This document shows positions 11,930 to 24,803 of a stretch of 64,000 nucleotides of DNA, piece after piece. Under the pieces are notes generated by a model. The model had not been told where the DNA came from, did not search any database, and saw nothing but the letters and a program-made list of their open reading frames with translations. Positions within the stretch are counted from its first letter, which is position 1. Every line of letters begins with the position of its first letter. Made by a program: the position numbers and the translations under genes. This DNA is from Antedon mediterranea (Eukaryota > Animalia > Echinodermata), in assembly GCF_964355755.1 (NCBI RefSeq), contig NC_092678.1, positions 7,022,422 to 7,086,421 of the forward strand, given 5' to 3'.

Positions 11930-12640
11930 TTCGGCAAACACTTTATACAAACAGAACTATACAAAAATAGATTGTGCCAAGGAGTGGAAAATGAAGCCAA
12001 CAGCTTTTGTAGCCGTATATAATAAAATTATATGATTCTACAATTATTTTAAAAATATCTTTCACATGTGTCTAACTTTTGCATAGAAATGAATTTCTGA
12101 TATTAGCCGGTAGCCCATTCAAAATACGAATAAATCGAATTGGAATACAGTATTTTTTGCTATCGATTTTAGATATGAGATGTTTAAACGTTAAAACATT
12201 CAAATTCCTGCTGTTAATAATCAACGTATTTAAAATCAAACAATTCAGTAGCCTGTATAACATATTTAAGACACAAATAAAAGTGAAATAATTGCTTTTA
12301 GTAGGTTCACTGGTGTTTAAGTTCAAATAATATGTCTGCATAAGACTATTCCAAATTTGCTGGCTCTTCTTTGGATATTCTCTGTCTTGTTTATGTGACA
12401 TTGTAGGTAAGGATACCAGATTTGAGAACAGTATTTGACATGAGGCAAAACAAGAGATCTATAAAGTTGCAGCAGGACTGATGTATAACATCCGGTTGCC
12501 ATGATTGAATAAAACCCAGGCATTTGAATGAAACCTTGTCCACTTGATATGACCAATACAAATCATGAGATATTACAACACCAAGTAAAGTAATATCATT
12601 AACATTTGAAAGCAAATTTCCATCAAGTAAATATGATGAT
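11930..12640 (-). mobile_element. Degenerate CR1/L2-group LINE 3' fragment in intron 2 of copy B
   Basis: Fragments LLGVVISHDLYWSYQVDKV, LYRSLVLPHVKYCSQIWYPYLQCHINKTENIQRRASK and RFIRILNGLPANI across several frames. Confidence 0.75.
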
Positions 12641-14661
12641 GTCTGCCGAGAATAGCTGCATTAACACAACTCATAAACTTCGTTAAAAGTTGTCAAATAC
12701 TTTCTTTATACGTGTATATTCATCATAAATGGAATCCTATGTGATTTTACTAAGGCTGTTTTTGAATTGTTTTGCATCTGTCTTATTATATGGGTATTTA
12801 ATTATAGCTCTCTTGACTACGAATTCTCTGAGATATCATACAATGATCAGAGCTTGAGAAAGGTTCCAAGACACGAACATCGCACACTTGTTGTCCACGA
12901 TTAGTAACAAGATCAATGAGTGTGCTTTAACAATTTAGTGCAGTGGCAAATCTGGTTGGCTCTTCAAACATCTGATGGAACCCTAATTTATGTTAAAATC
13001 ACCCACTTCAGCTAAAAAAAATACATCAACATCTTTGATCTAGTATCACTATTGTATTTACTATCCAGGAATACACAAGTAACTCCCATGAAAGAAAGTG
13101 TTTGGATATGTGAAAACGTTTTCATCTGGTTTTAGTAATTAGTTGTTGCGCATGAACTGTCGCATATTTGCGAACTCCTAACGACTGGTCTTCTAGACTA
13201 TACTGTACATCAACATTATTCAGTGGCTGGAAAGGAGCTGATGGCAAATCTAGATGACAGCTTGACAAAACTGTCTTATTTTACTGGTTTATAATACATG
13301 AACTCTATCTCCTTGGATATACTTACAACACAGTAATACTAAAGCGCATTTCAGTATTAATAGGCACGTTCACACTTGTTTCGTTTCACAGAACGGAAGA
13401 GGACATCCTGTCGTTAAATAATGGAAAATCAGAACGGTGTCGTCTACGTTCCGTGAAACGGACCAAGTGTGATGGATGGTAGCGTTATGGATGTGATGCA
13501 TTAAAAACACTTTATTACGCGCCGATTATAATTTATCAAAAGCAATAACCTGGTTTTTAAAATAGTACCGGACCCGCCTTGCTAAATAGGTCTGGTGTTA
13601 CTGTACACGGTATGTATAATAAATACCATCCTAAAAAGCAAAAGCAATAGCCTGCAAGCTAGAATTGGTAAGAAGTGGTAAACAGGTTGGTTTGAATTTA
13701 TCCATACCTTTCATCTTTACCAATAAATTACAGCTTACCTTAAATCAAATACCTTGACTAAGTCAATGGTTTTATTAAGTTCAGTTTCAACTAAATCCTT
13801 GATGGTTTTATGCGGCTCAACGGTTTCAGACCATCGGTGATTCAAATCTTGATTGTGGCCCCTATTAATAATCAAAAAGAAAATGTAGTGACGGCGATAC
13901 ACAGACCACCAAACTAGGCCTACCAATGAAAAATGTTTCTAGTAAATCACTGAAGACAAACTAGCAAGCTGCAACTGAGGGTCTGTGCAAAAAGTCACAT
14001 TTGTGCAAACATTTTTCACTCAAATGTACAAACAACCACCATTATTGAGCACAAAGGTGTCCTCTTAATAGGTTCACTGTAGTAAAAAAAGAGAGATCTA
14101 CTAACCTTGCAAAAGTGAACATTGGGTAATAATGTTTGTGTAATTCTGATGAATACAATAAGGTAATGACTGCTAAAAGTACGAAGATGAATAGAAGAAA
14201 TCTAACTGCCAGTTGTCTAAACATAATCAATGATTTCAGGAAAACTCATATAGTTTTAAACAGGAACAGCCTTAGCTTCAATCAACCGTTCTCAAAGTGG
14301 TTGAACTTGTTTTTCACAACAGGTCTAGATCTAGGTGATTGGCTCATCATAACAATAGAGTTAGCAAGTGGAAAGGCGATGTGAAAGCTATTATATAGCA
14401 AATTTGTTCACAATAATTAGGCAAAGTTTGGACAAACAATGGATTACCATTGTTACATGTCAATGTTGGTGTGGGTAGAGGGGTGTATGAATTACTAAGG
14501 CAGTACAGTGTTCTATTGATCTTTATTTAGCCAGTCCAAGATCTATACAATCAACCTGCAGTGCTTTTCTTTATAACGAGGCAAAGAGTAAATTACTCGG
14601 TTATTGCCTCTCTTTTCTATATTTGTATGTTGAGTCATTATTACATTCGTAAACAAATATA

Positions 14662-14703
<42 letters not shown>

Positions 14704-14704
<1 letters not shown>

Positions 14705-16350
14705 CCCCAGTGGTCTAATGGTTAGGACATCTGCATATCAAGCAGACGGTCCGAGTTTGAGTCTCGGTTGGGGCGACTTTTTCTCATTCTCACAGATTTC
14801 TTCATCTTTATCGTTTCAAAAATTAACTAGATTTAATTCGTCACTATGACGAATTATAGGTTATATGCATTGATTTAAATAAAGATAATTGATTTTTAAA
14901 AGATATATTGATTGATTGATTTTCTCAGAATCTTTAATTATTTATAATATATGATAGGACCTTGCTAACGCGAACACTATAGCCGGTATCACAATAATCC
15001 GATCAAAGATCCATATGCGTATAATGTCATAAACCACATTTGTTGTTACATAATAATAAAGACATAAGTTAATTTTTATCTAGATTTCATTATAAATCAT
15101 GTGTATAATCTATACACTAAGAAATAAATTTGAACAAACAATACGGATAATAAAAAAAAATTCTTATTTCGTTTCCCAAGGTGAGACTCGATCTCGGTAC
15201 CTTGAATGCCATAGACACGAGCACAGACCACAACTGACTAAAAGTATTAGAAAAATTCCTCCGTGTATTTACTATGCAGTAACCACTTTGATGCAAATAG
15301 ATTATTACATACCGAAATGAATTATAATTTTTTACTATGATAACATCTTTAAAATGTATACAAATGATGCACTGTCAAACTACATACTTTTAACTTTAAT
15401 TATGAATTTTTGAAGGAAGAAAGTTAATGTTAAGTTTGTTATTTTGGCCTAAGAAAATGTCATAATTTGTTTGATTGTCGAAATTATTTTTTTTAAATTT
15501 AATATGCAATTAATGATGACTTAATCAACGTTTGTTCTCTTTATTTGATAATAAATCATACATATGATACATACACTTCAAGAAAATGAAATAAAAAATA
15601 GGTGTTCCCCTGCATTCTGACGATATATATTAATTTTAAAATTTAGCATATTTTCACCATTTTGTTAACTTATACGTGCGTAGCCAGTCACTTTTGACGT
15701 GCTCGTATAACGCAATTTCGAGTTGAAGCCTGAATCAAATATGATGATATTATTAAAGAGTGTAAAACAGAAATCGGGCAAAAAGAGTGCGCATTAACGT
15801 TTAACGCGCAGTGCGCGTGCAAAAATCTGCGCACTCATGGCAATTTTTTAAACGCTTAAAATTGCCTGAAACGTACTCTAATTTCATCGAAAATAAATTT
15901 TGACAATTTTGAACATTTTAAGCGCCCGTACGCAACCGTTATATGCGCTACGCACGTAATTTTATTGCCATATGATGAAATATGACCTGAAATTTATGAG
16001 TACCAAATTTTGTTTAATTGTGATTCATGCTTGTGAAGATATGATTACAAACGTGATTTCGTAAAATCGCGCGTAGACCGCGTAATTTTTGATTACGCAT
16101 CGAGAAAATATAACCACATCGATTCCTGGCCATGAGGAATATACTCTGAAAACTTGACTTAGCTAGATTAAACTGATGCCAAGATAATGCACGGACAAAA
16201 TAGTGCTAAGGAAAGAGTAAATAAATAAATAAAGATTTTGAAAGAATCAAGAGGTTATATGCATATCATGCATATAACCTAATTAAATAATTTTCAGTGT
16301 ATCACCGGGCGGTTTGGAATTTATTTCTATGCCTGTTGTGTTTATATATA
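14704..16350 (+). mobile_element. tRNA-derived repeat (SINE-like), copy 1, split by a HINE insertion
   Basis: tRNA cloverleaf at 14704-14775 (anticodon loop AT-ATC-AA), body to ~14824, resuming at ~16285. It matches the uninterrupted copy at 16358-16540 and follows a (TA)n tract. Confidence 0.75.
14825..16284 (-). mobile_element. Helentron-associated element (HINE family 2), about 1.46 kb
   Basis: Minus strand 5' TTAGGTTATATGCATgatATGCATATAACCT palindrome. The 3' end has the subterminal repeat ATGCATATAACCT, then the stem-loop AATTCGTCA-TAG-TGACGAATT, then CTAGTT. Confidence 0.8.
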
Positions 16351-16357
16351 TTTCGAA

Positions 16358-16630
16358 CAGTGGTTTAATGGTTACGACATCTGCATATCAAGCAGGCGGT
16401 CCGAGTTCGAGTCTCGGTTGGGGCGACTTTTTCTCATTCTCACAGATTTCCTCATCTTTATCGTTTCAAATTAATTAATTAAATTTCAGTATATCTCCGG
16501 GCGGTTTAGAATTAATGTTCTGTGCCTGATTTGTTTATACTGTATATATATATATATAAACACAAGAGGCAAAGAACATTAATTCTAAACCGCCTGGAGA
16601 TATACTGAAATTTAATTAATTAATTTTGAG
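16358..16630 (+). mobile_element. tRNA-derived repeat copy 2, followed by an inverted partial copy across a (TA)n tract
   Basis: Near-identical to the 14704 copy. 16558-16630 is the reverse complement of about 16467-16538. Confidence 0.75.
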
Positions 16631-17559
16631 CTATTATTGTTTTTTTTATCATGTATATAAATATATTGTATAATCCGGGTTGTAAAATGAAAACAAACAA
16701 ATAAAAATGTGTGAACTATTTTAAAACGGGATAGATGATAATGATGATCCTGTCAAGTGTATAACAAAATATAAGAAAATTAATGAAAAAAGGAGTAATA
16801 CAGAATTCATATATGTAAAAATGTTACTTATGAACTGTAACGACATTTACAAGTTAAATAATACGATTTTATGTAATATGAGATAATATGAATGTGAATA
16901 AAAGTGGTGTTTGCGCCACAAAAGAGAAAAAAAAACAAGACAACAACAGCTACAAACCTAGACCGTCTGTACATATTCTACGAGAGATCATTAGGTGCAT
17001 TTGTTTTCTCTTTTTATCATAATTAACCATAGAACGTACAGAAATGACCTGGTTTAATGTTTTAAGTAATATGTATTATTTTTTTACAAAACTTCAACAA
17101 TTGCAGGGAAAGTGCCTTTAAGTAAATGATAAAGCATAATATAGTACATACACACTGATGATGACCGTTGGTTCACCTGCACAAGAATAGGCCTATATAT
17201 CTAGCAAATTAATTGATTGATTTTCACATTTAGACATCAAAGTAACGCAATAAATATTCATTCTAAATATAGATTTAATAGGTCATAATAATTTTGAGTT
17301 TATAGTCCAATAAGATCACGACTAAGATTACTCGAAATTAATTTTGTAGAAGAAAACCATATACTATGAATAAGCGTCGCGCAAAGTTTGACAATTGTAC
17401 TATTAAGCAGTAACGTTAACTGAACAATACATCACATTGATGGAGGTGGTGTTAAACTTGTTAAAAGAGCTGAACTTACCTTCAATCATCTATTGCACGC
17501 AATGCACCTTGTCAACATCATCGTTTCAGCTACTGTCAGCACAGGGAAAAGCTAAACCT

Positions 17560-17727
17560 ATTTCTTGTCTTGTGCTGCAGCTTTCATCCTGGTTATGCTG
17601 CAATATGATCTTCCCCTTGTGTGTGTTGTTGGGAGTCCATTCCGTGATAAGTTTTGTCCATCTGCTCTGGCGAGGTGCCATATCTTTATCCATTTCTTGA
17701 TTTGTATTTGATCTGGTTTTGTTCCCT
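17560..17727 (-). mobile_element. RTE-like LINE 3' remnant
   Basis: Degenerate KPDQIQIKKW...WHLARAD...TRGR resembles the RTE ORF2 C-terminus. Confidence 0.45.
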
Positions 17728-17730
17728 TAA

Positions 17731-17890
17731 AGCGTGGTTCCAACTACAGATGCAACGCAAGGACGTATACGCAACGCAAACGAGTTGACCAATGACAAGC
17801 GACAGTTCAAATAATCCATCACTTGAGATTGGTCAAATCACTTGCGTTACGCTTACGTCCTTGCGCTACGTCCTCTAGTGGAATCAAGTC
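17731..17890. mobile_element. MITE with imperfect terminal inverted repeats
   Basis: caacgcaaggacgtatacgcaacgcaa...gaccaatgacaagcga pairs with tcacttgagattggtca...ttgcgttacgcttacgtccttgcgct. A related end is at ~58246. Confidence 0.7.
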
Positions 17891-19189
17891 CACTTTATAT
17901 TTTGTTAATCCAACTTCCTTATTTTCAACATCACATCGTTCCATACTACTGTATTTTGTTTGTGTTTTAAGTTTCTTGATGATATTTACAATCCAATGTA
18001 CCTCGAGTATATATAATTCTTATTGCGATAACATTATACATTAAAAGTTTATATTTTACACAATAATTAGGAATTTAGAACGCAAGAATTTATGTTAGGT
18101 ATTTCATGTTTTATGTATGTATTTATATTACACAGTAGTATAACATACGTGTAAAGTACTGTACAGTTCCGTCTTGAAGCTATGACCTGTTAAGTACAGG
18201 CCTACATAATTGAAACAAATCAATTACAAGCATGTCTGATACCAAAGTAGATGCATCATTCAGGAAAGTTTAAAATGTATCCCGGATTAAAAAAAAAACC
18301 TTCCACGATTAATTTAAAGAACAAAGTATGTATGTCAGTATTTTCAAACCAAATAAGTACTGTATTTCTAATTAATAACAAGTTACATTTCCTATTTCGA
18401 GTACAACACCTTCTGAATTAGAAACGTAAATCGTGTTGATCGTGCGAACAGCAAGCAGGTTGATGACATTTTTTAGACAGAGATGCGAATGCCATCCATC
18501 CAAGAACGAGCGCGAAAACAAAGTTGGTAAAATTCATTAAAATACTAAACATTACTGTTTTATTAAAATCATTTACATTATAACTATTGTATTACTAAAA
18601 AATTCACATTAAATAGCATTAAATGCCGTTTGTTAAAATATATACCTATATTATTCAAGTACCTATTTAAGGGATTCACCCCTTGGACTTACTTTTATAG
18701 AACAAACTAAATTCGTATCAAACATTTCCAAATAAAGTTGCATAATGTTTTCTTTGATAAATATATAGTACACATTGGTCTTTTCTTGCTGAGTAAAGAT
18801 TACTTAGCAAAAACATTATAGGCAATTAAAAAAATGTTAGTTAAATGTGAAATATAGATTAAAATAGAAATATCAATCAAAAATCAAAACTTTCAATTAA
18901 ATAATTACATTAATTAATGATTGAAATCGCAACCAAAATGTATGTGAAATATAAATTAAAACTTTGAAAGATTAAAAAAACAATCTTAAAACATTCATTA
19001 TATATTCAATTATGATTGAAATCTCAATAAAACAATGATTGAAGCAACCAACATGTATTAAGTCAATTAAAATATGATGAATTCAATCAAAATGTGTGTA
19101 AATTAAATCAAATGTATGTAGAGTAAGTCTATTACATTTAATTCAAATTCAATTGAAATAAATCAAAATACAGTATGTACAGTAATTAA

Positions 19190-20310
19190 ATATCTAACAT
19201 GTTACAAAGTCAATTAAAATGTGAGTGGATTAAATTAAAATGTGAGCACAGAAAGTCAATCCAAATTCGTGTAAATCAATAACTTAGATTAAATAAATTA
19301 CATTGCACAAATCAATTAAATTGATCAATCAAATTAATCAATCAAATTTATAAATTCAATCAGAATGAGTAGAAAAATAGGTGACAAATCCAAATTTGTG
19401 TAAATCAATAAGTTGATTAAATAAATTAAATTGCACAAATCAATTAAATTCAACAATTAAATGAATCGATCAAATTAATCAATCAAATTTATAAATTTAA
19501 TCAAATTGAGTAGATCAATTAAAATAGGTGACTAAGTCACTATTAGTATCAATCAAAAAGTAATTACATAAAATGTTACAAAGTCAATTAAAATGTGAGT
19601 GGATTAAATCAAAATGTGAGTAAATTAATCAAAATGTCAGTGGATTAAATCAAAATGTTAGTAAATTAATCAAAATGTAAGCACAGAAAGTCAATACAAA
19701 TTCGTGTAAATCAATAACTTAGATTAAATAAATTACATTGCACAAATCAATTAAATTGATCAATCAAATTAATCAATCAAATTTATAAATTCAATCAAAA
19801 TGAGTAGAAAAATAGGTGACAAATCCAAATTTGTGTAAATCAATAAATTGATTAAATAAATTAAATTGCACAAATCAATTAAATTGAACAATTAAATTGA
19901 TCGATCAAATTAATCAATCAAATTTATAAATTTAATCAAATTGTCGATCAATTAAAATAGGTGACTAAGTCACTATTAGTATCAATCAAAAAGTAATTAC
20001 ATAAAATGTTACAAAGTCAATTAAAATGTGAGTGGATCAAATCAAAATGTGAGTAAATTAATCAAAATGTAAGCACAGAAAGTCAATCCAAATTCGTGTA
20101 AATCAATAAGTTGATTAAATAAATTAAATTGCACAAATCAATTAAATTGATCAATCAAATTAATCAATCAAATTTATAAATTCAATCAAAATGAGTAGAA
20201 AAATAGGTGACAAATACAAATTTGTGTAAATCAATAAATTGATTAAATAAATTAAATTGCACAAATCAATTAAATTGATCAATCAATTAAATCAATCCAA
20301 TTGATAAATC
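19190..20310. repeat. Complex AT-rich higher-order tandem repeat: three units of about 375-435 bp built from AATCA/AATTA subunits
   Basis: gttacaaagtcaattaaaatgtgagtggat recurs at ~19201, ~19575 and ~20008, with internal duplicated sub-blocks. Confidence 0.9.
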
Positions 20311-21319
20311 CTATTAGTAAATCAATCTACAAAGACAATAATGATAAATAAGTGTGCACTGTACTATTCTTTACTCATCCCAGGCCACTTTAAACAGGAA
20401 TGATAAAGATTATAACAATAAATTCCAATATCAAATAAGTCAATAATGACGGTTATAATTATCATATCATAATTTAATAAAATTAAGAAGTGTAATAAAT
20501 GATAATGCTTAATGTTGCAACAGAATGTAATACATACAATTTCACATGACAACATTGGTACCAACGCTATTTACAAATTTACTGTAGTAACGGGCAAACA
20601 AGTTGGTGAGAATGTCAGTATTACAATATGTTGCTATTTCGTGCTGTGAGAAAAACCAAAATAATTATGAATAAAAATCAATCTAAACCGTTTTCTGCTT
20701 GCTTCTAAAGGTTCTAGAGGATGACATTTTCCAGTAGTATCTAATAAAATAAAAAAAGAAAGAACTATGATTGAATTTAAAAAAAGAGATTGAAACAATG
20801 ATTGATTTTGTTAATGCATGAACAAACTATGATTGAATAAAAAAAAATCAACCTGATTGAAATTTTTAAAAAGGTGAAAGTATGATTGAATTTTAAAAAA
20901 AAAGATTGAAACTATGATTGCATTTTCCAAAAAATAACCCAATGAAACTATGAATTTCAAAAGAAAAAAAATAGAATGAAAAACATTAAAAAAATGGAGC
21001 TATGATAGAATAAAAAAAAAAAGAATGATTGAATTTCCAATGAACAGCAACAGGACATTTTTCAACAATTAAGGCAGCAAACTTGTAGAAGGAAGACAAG
21101 GTAATAACTATAATTTCTAGATTTAAAAATAGAATGGCTTAAATGGTAAAATGTCATTTTAATGCATTGTGTGGTTTGCTTAGGGCACACAATTTAAGAA
21201 TTGACCATTATAATAGTTTGCCAACAATGAATCATTTGTGCACTTTAGTAGCGCAAACTTATAAAAAAACAGTAGTAGAGATAAGCTGATAGGGTATATT
21301 TCTACAAAAAATTAGTAGT

Positions 21320-21990
21320 TATAGGAGTAAGTTACTCTAGAGTAGAGTATTACTTAGGAGTAAGTTGAATCTAGAGTTGAGTAAACTTAGGAGTAAGTTG
21401 AATCTGGAGTTAAGTAAACTTAGGAGTAAGATTAATCTAGAGTTGAGTAAACTTAGGAGTAAGTTGAATCTGGAGTTAAGTAAACTTAGGAGTAAGATTA
21501 ATCTAGAGTTGAGTAAACTTAGGAGTAAGATTAATCTAGAGTTGAGTAAACTTAGGAGTAAGATTAATCTAGAGTTGAGTAAACTTTAGGAGTAAGATTA
21601 ATCTAGAGTTGAGTAAACTTAGGATTAAGATTAATCTAGAGTTGAGTAAACTTAGGAGTAAGATTAATCTAGAGTTGAGTAAACTTTAGGAGTAAGATTA
21701 ATTCAGAGTTGAGTAAACTTAGGATTAAGATTCTTCTAGAGTTGAGTAAACTTTAGGAGTAAGATTAATCTAGAGTTGAGTAAACTTAGGATTAAGATTA
21801 ATCTAGAGTTGAGTAAACTTAGGATTAAGATTAATCTAGAGTTGAGTAAACTTTAGGAGTAAGATTAATCTAGAGTTGAGTAAACTTAGGATTAAGATTA
21901 ATCTAGAGTTGAGTAAACTTTAGGAGTAAGATTAATTTGGGGTTGAGTAAACTTTAGGAGTAAGTTTACTCTAGCGTTGAGTTAACTTAC
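21320..21990. repeat. 33/34-bp satellite, about 20 copies, with degenerate flanks to ~22450
   Basis: Unit ggagtaagattaatctagagttgagtaaactta. It produces the spurious 11-aa repeat ORF at 21365..21589. Confidence 0.95.
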
Positions 21991-23960
21991 TACTAGTGTA
22001 AACTTCGGTAAAAAAATGCTGGTAGTAGGGTATCACTGTTATAATACTACAAAAAAGTAGTAGCTATTAGAGTATGTTTAATCTAGAATTGAGTAAAATC
22101 TAATAATACAATTGAGTAACTAGTAACTTACTATTAAAATGGTCAAATTACTCAAAACAAATTATTGGAGTAAATTTACTCCTGAGAAAACTAGAGTAAA
22201 GTTACTCCTAATAATTGAAATAGTAGAATGCATTTATTGTCATTCTTTACAAAGTTGATAAAGTAAACTAGCTTTGTAAACTTACTAAAAAAAGTATATA
22301 TACTTTTAATATTTTGTATATAGTTGACAAACTTTCCAACAATAATACAGTAAACTTACCCTGATAAAATGCTGGTAGAGTGAACTTTCTATAAGCAAGA
22401 TTAGGTTCACTCCAACTAAAAAGCTAGGAGTAAATTTACTCTAAATAATAGAGTTATACAATAAAACTATAAAAATATATTATGTATTTTCTTATTTTCC
22501 CTCAAATTTAGGAAATTAATTAAAGAAATTAATTAAAAAAATAATAATTTAATCTGATTTTGGAAGACATTATGTTCTGTTTCTCATTTTTAAAACTCTG
22601 TCGTTAATCAAAAGATGTAAATTTACTTCACAAGCATGAAATTATGCGCATGGTGCTACCTCCGATGATTGCCACAACATGCTTAATACATTTCACTGTT
22701 GCTGAAGTTAAACGTGCCAATGATCTGTAATATAAATCTATTTACAAGCTTTGAATTTATTGTGTATTTATAATACTAGTTTTGCTAGTGCGTATCTTTA
22801 CATTCTCAGGAGTAAATTGTCTGTAGTACCTGTAGGGTTAAAGTAAACTTAATACAAAGAGTGTATTTACAGGCATTACCCAGGGCTTACAACAACCAAA
22901 CTGCTACTTCAGAGCTTACTTCTGACCTGTCTCAACGTCCCTAAAGCAGTAGTAGTGTTAAACTATACAGATACTTGACAGATAACTTACAGACAAATTA
23001 ATACATTGAAAGTTTAAAGACTAATCGATGGTGTGGCATATGTATTTTTTCCCAAATGATTTGTCTTCATTTTATGGTGTAAGTGTTAATATTTCCTCTA
23101 GCATAACATATGAACCTGGTTGTACTGTCGTTAATTATCACACGTTATCTTTACTAAAAATAAAACAAAGATTTTGAAAAAAAAAGAGTCTTGTATTAAA
23201 ACAAAACTCATAAAAATAATTAGATAGTAGAAAAATGTTATTTTATATTATAAGTGATCTACAAATTACCCTACTGCAGTTCTAAAGTAACTACACTCTT
23301 TGCTATTACGTCTAATTCTAGTTTGTTTCAATGTAGAAGTTTATGGTTCAGTCACTGGTGTTGTCCCCCTCAAAAAACCTTGTTAAATATTACATGAACA
23401 GGATTGAGTTATAATGTAGTTACTGTAGAATCATTTTGAAATGGTCCCTAGAATTTCCTATCCATGTTTGGCACTTTTTTGTACTACTGTATTACATATT
23501 ATTTGAAAAAATAATTTTTAGTATTTTTTTTAGTTAAATATGCGCCATTTTACACATAGTTTCGCCAAAATTGGATAAAAAAATAAAATTATTTACTACT
23601 TCTTTTTTTTTTAAATTTAACCGTCTTTTTATAAGTAAAAACATTTTTTATTCAAACTACAATTGGTCTATTCATTTAAGCCATATATAGTAGTAGAAGA
23701 TTGCACCTTCAAATCTTCACGCTTCAATCATTGCCACTTAGTTTACGCTCTAGTGCATAATATTATGGTTTACACAGAATTTGCAAGAAGACTGACTCAG
23801 CTCACGGATTTAGATTAAATGATATTACTTCACCAAGAATGTTTTTTTATTAAATATACCAGAAAAAAAAAATGCAAGCTTACTTTGAAGAGTGTCATTT
23901 TGAATGCTTTTTCTAGCAACCATTTAGATTTTGACCAAGTAGATTATTATAGTAGAGTAT

Positions 23961-24102
23961 TAGGGATGTACAGTACATATGATTTCAGAACAATCGCAAG
24001 ATTAAGGATATCGCCGCACACGCTCGCTGTACAGCCAGCAATTTACGGCGACGACTGTACGGCAAACGAGTGCAGCGATATCCTTATTATATGTACATCC
24101 CT
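23961..24102. mobile_element. Small MITE-like element
   Basis: Terminal inverted repeat TAGGGATGTACA...TGTACATCCCTA. Confidence 0.55.
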
Positions 24103-24803
24103 AATACGTTGTTAAAATATGGTCTTAGACAAGTTGTCCTTTAATGTTTAGTTGATGTATCATGTATGAACATTAACTGACTGAATTCTATTTTTGAGCC
24201 TGTTCTTCAACACTTTAAAATGCAACAAGTTACAAATCTATACTCGCCATATAGTCTAAGTATGACAGCACCACCTCCCATGTATGGTCGGGAAGGGGTG
24301 AAAAATCTTCCTGTATTAGCTGTTTAACTATGCAGCGACTTGCTGATTTCAATCAAACTTGATCAATAATAAACTTCATCTTACTGGGTTCATGTTCTAT
24401 GGAACAGAGTCTCTCTAGTTTATTTTAGATTTTGGCACTGTAAGAGTTTCAGGATTCAATATCAACAAAATCTGATGCTGTGATTCAGCATCAATAATTG
24501 TCAAGTCATTTATCTGCAGTCACTGTTAACGTCTGATTTTAGCTAATTGTATTAAGTTTTTATGATTCTGTCACTGCAATAACAGTGTGTATGATTACTA
24601 TAATATCTTGCAAAATAAATGCATTAACATGTTAAAGAGTGAATTAAAAAAGTTAAATATTATAACTGAATAGGTTTGTTTAATATTTATTATTAAAAGG
24701 AATAAAAAAGACTAATTTACACAATTTGGCTGATTTCATTCAAACTTGATCAATAATAAAATTCACCTGACTGGGTTCATATGTTCTATTGAAAAGTTTC
24801 TCT

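Larger units (their letters stand above)
9650..14224 (-). pseudogene. st8sia: Alpha-2,8-sialyltransferase-like copy B, probable pseudogene
   Basis: Exons 14224-14106, 13861-13739, 11856-10561 (interrupted) and 9932-9650, with the same intron positions and phases as copy A. Lesions: frameshift near 11525 (the homologous RLRDFKNVVLWFS is in another frame), a ~785-bp insertion at 10625-11410 inside exon 3, and TGA at 9710-9712 where copy A has GGA. Confidence 0.88.

Noticed and set aside
14704-14775. Functional tRNA-Asp gene
   Set aside because: ATC anticodon, mutated T-loop in two of three copies, and all copies share a long downstream body, as expected for a repeat.
20690-21100. Possible small exons (minus-strand TTGKCHPLEPLEASRK; plus-strand segment ending at 21100)
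   Set aside because: No partner exons or recognisable homology, so they cannot be supported from sequence alone.
21365-21589. ORF with an 11-aa LELSKLRSKIN repeat (coiled-coil or LRR-like)
   Set aside because: Translation of a 33-bp satellite. The 34-bp variant units break the frame and there are no splice signals.
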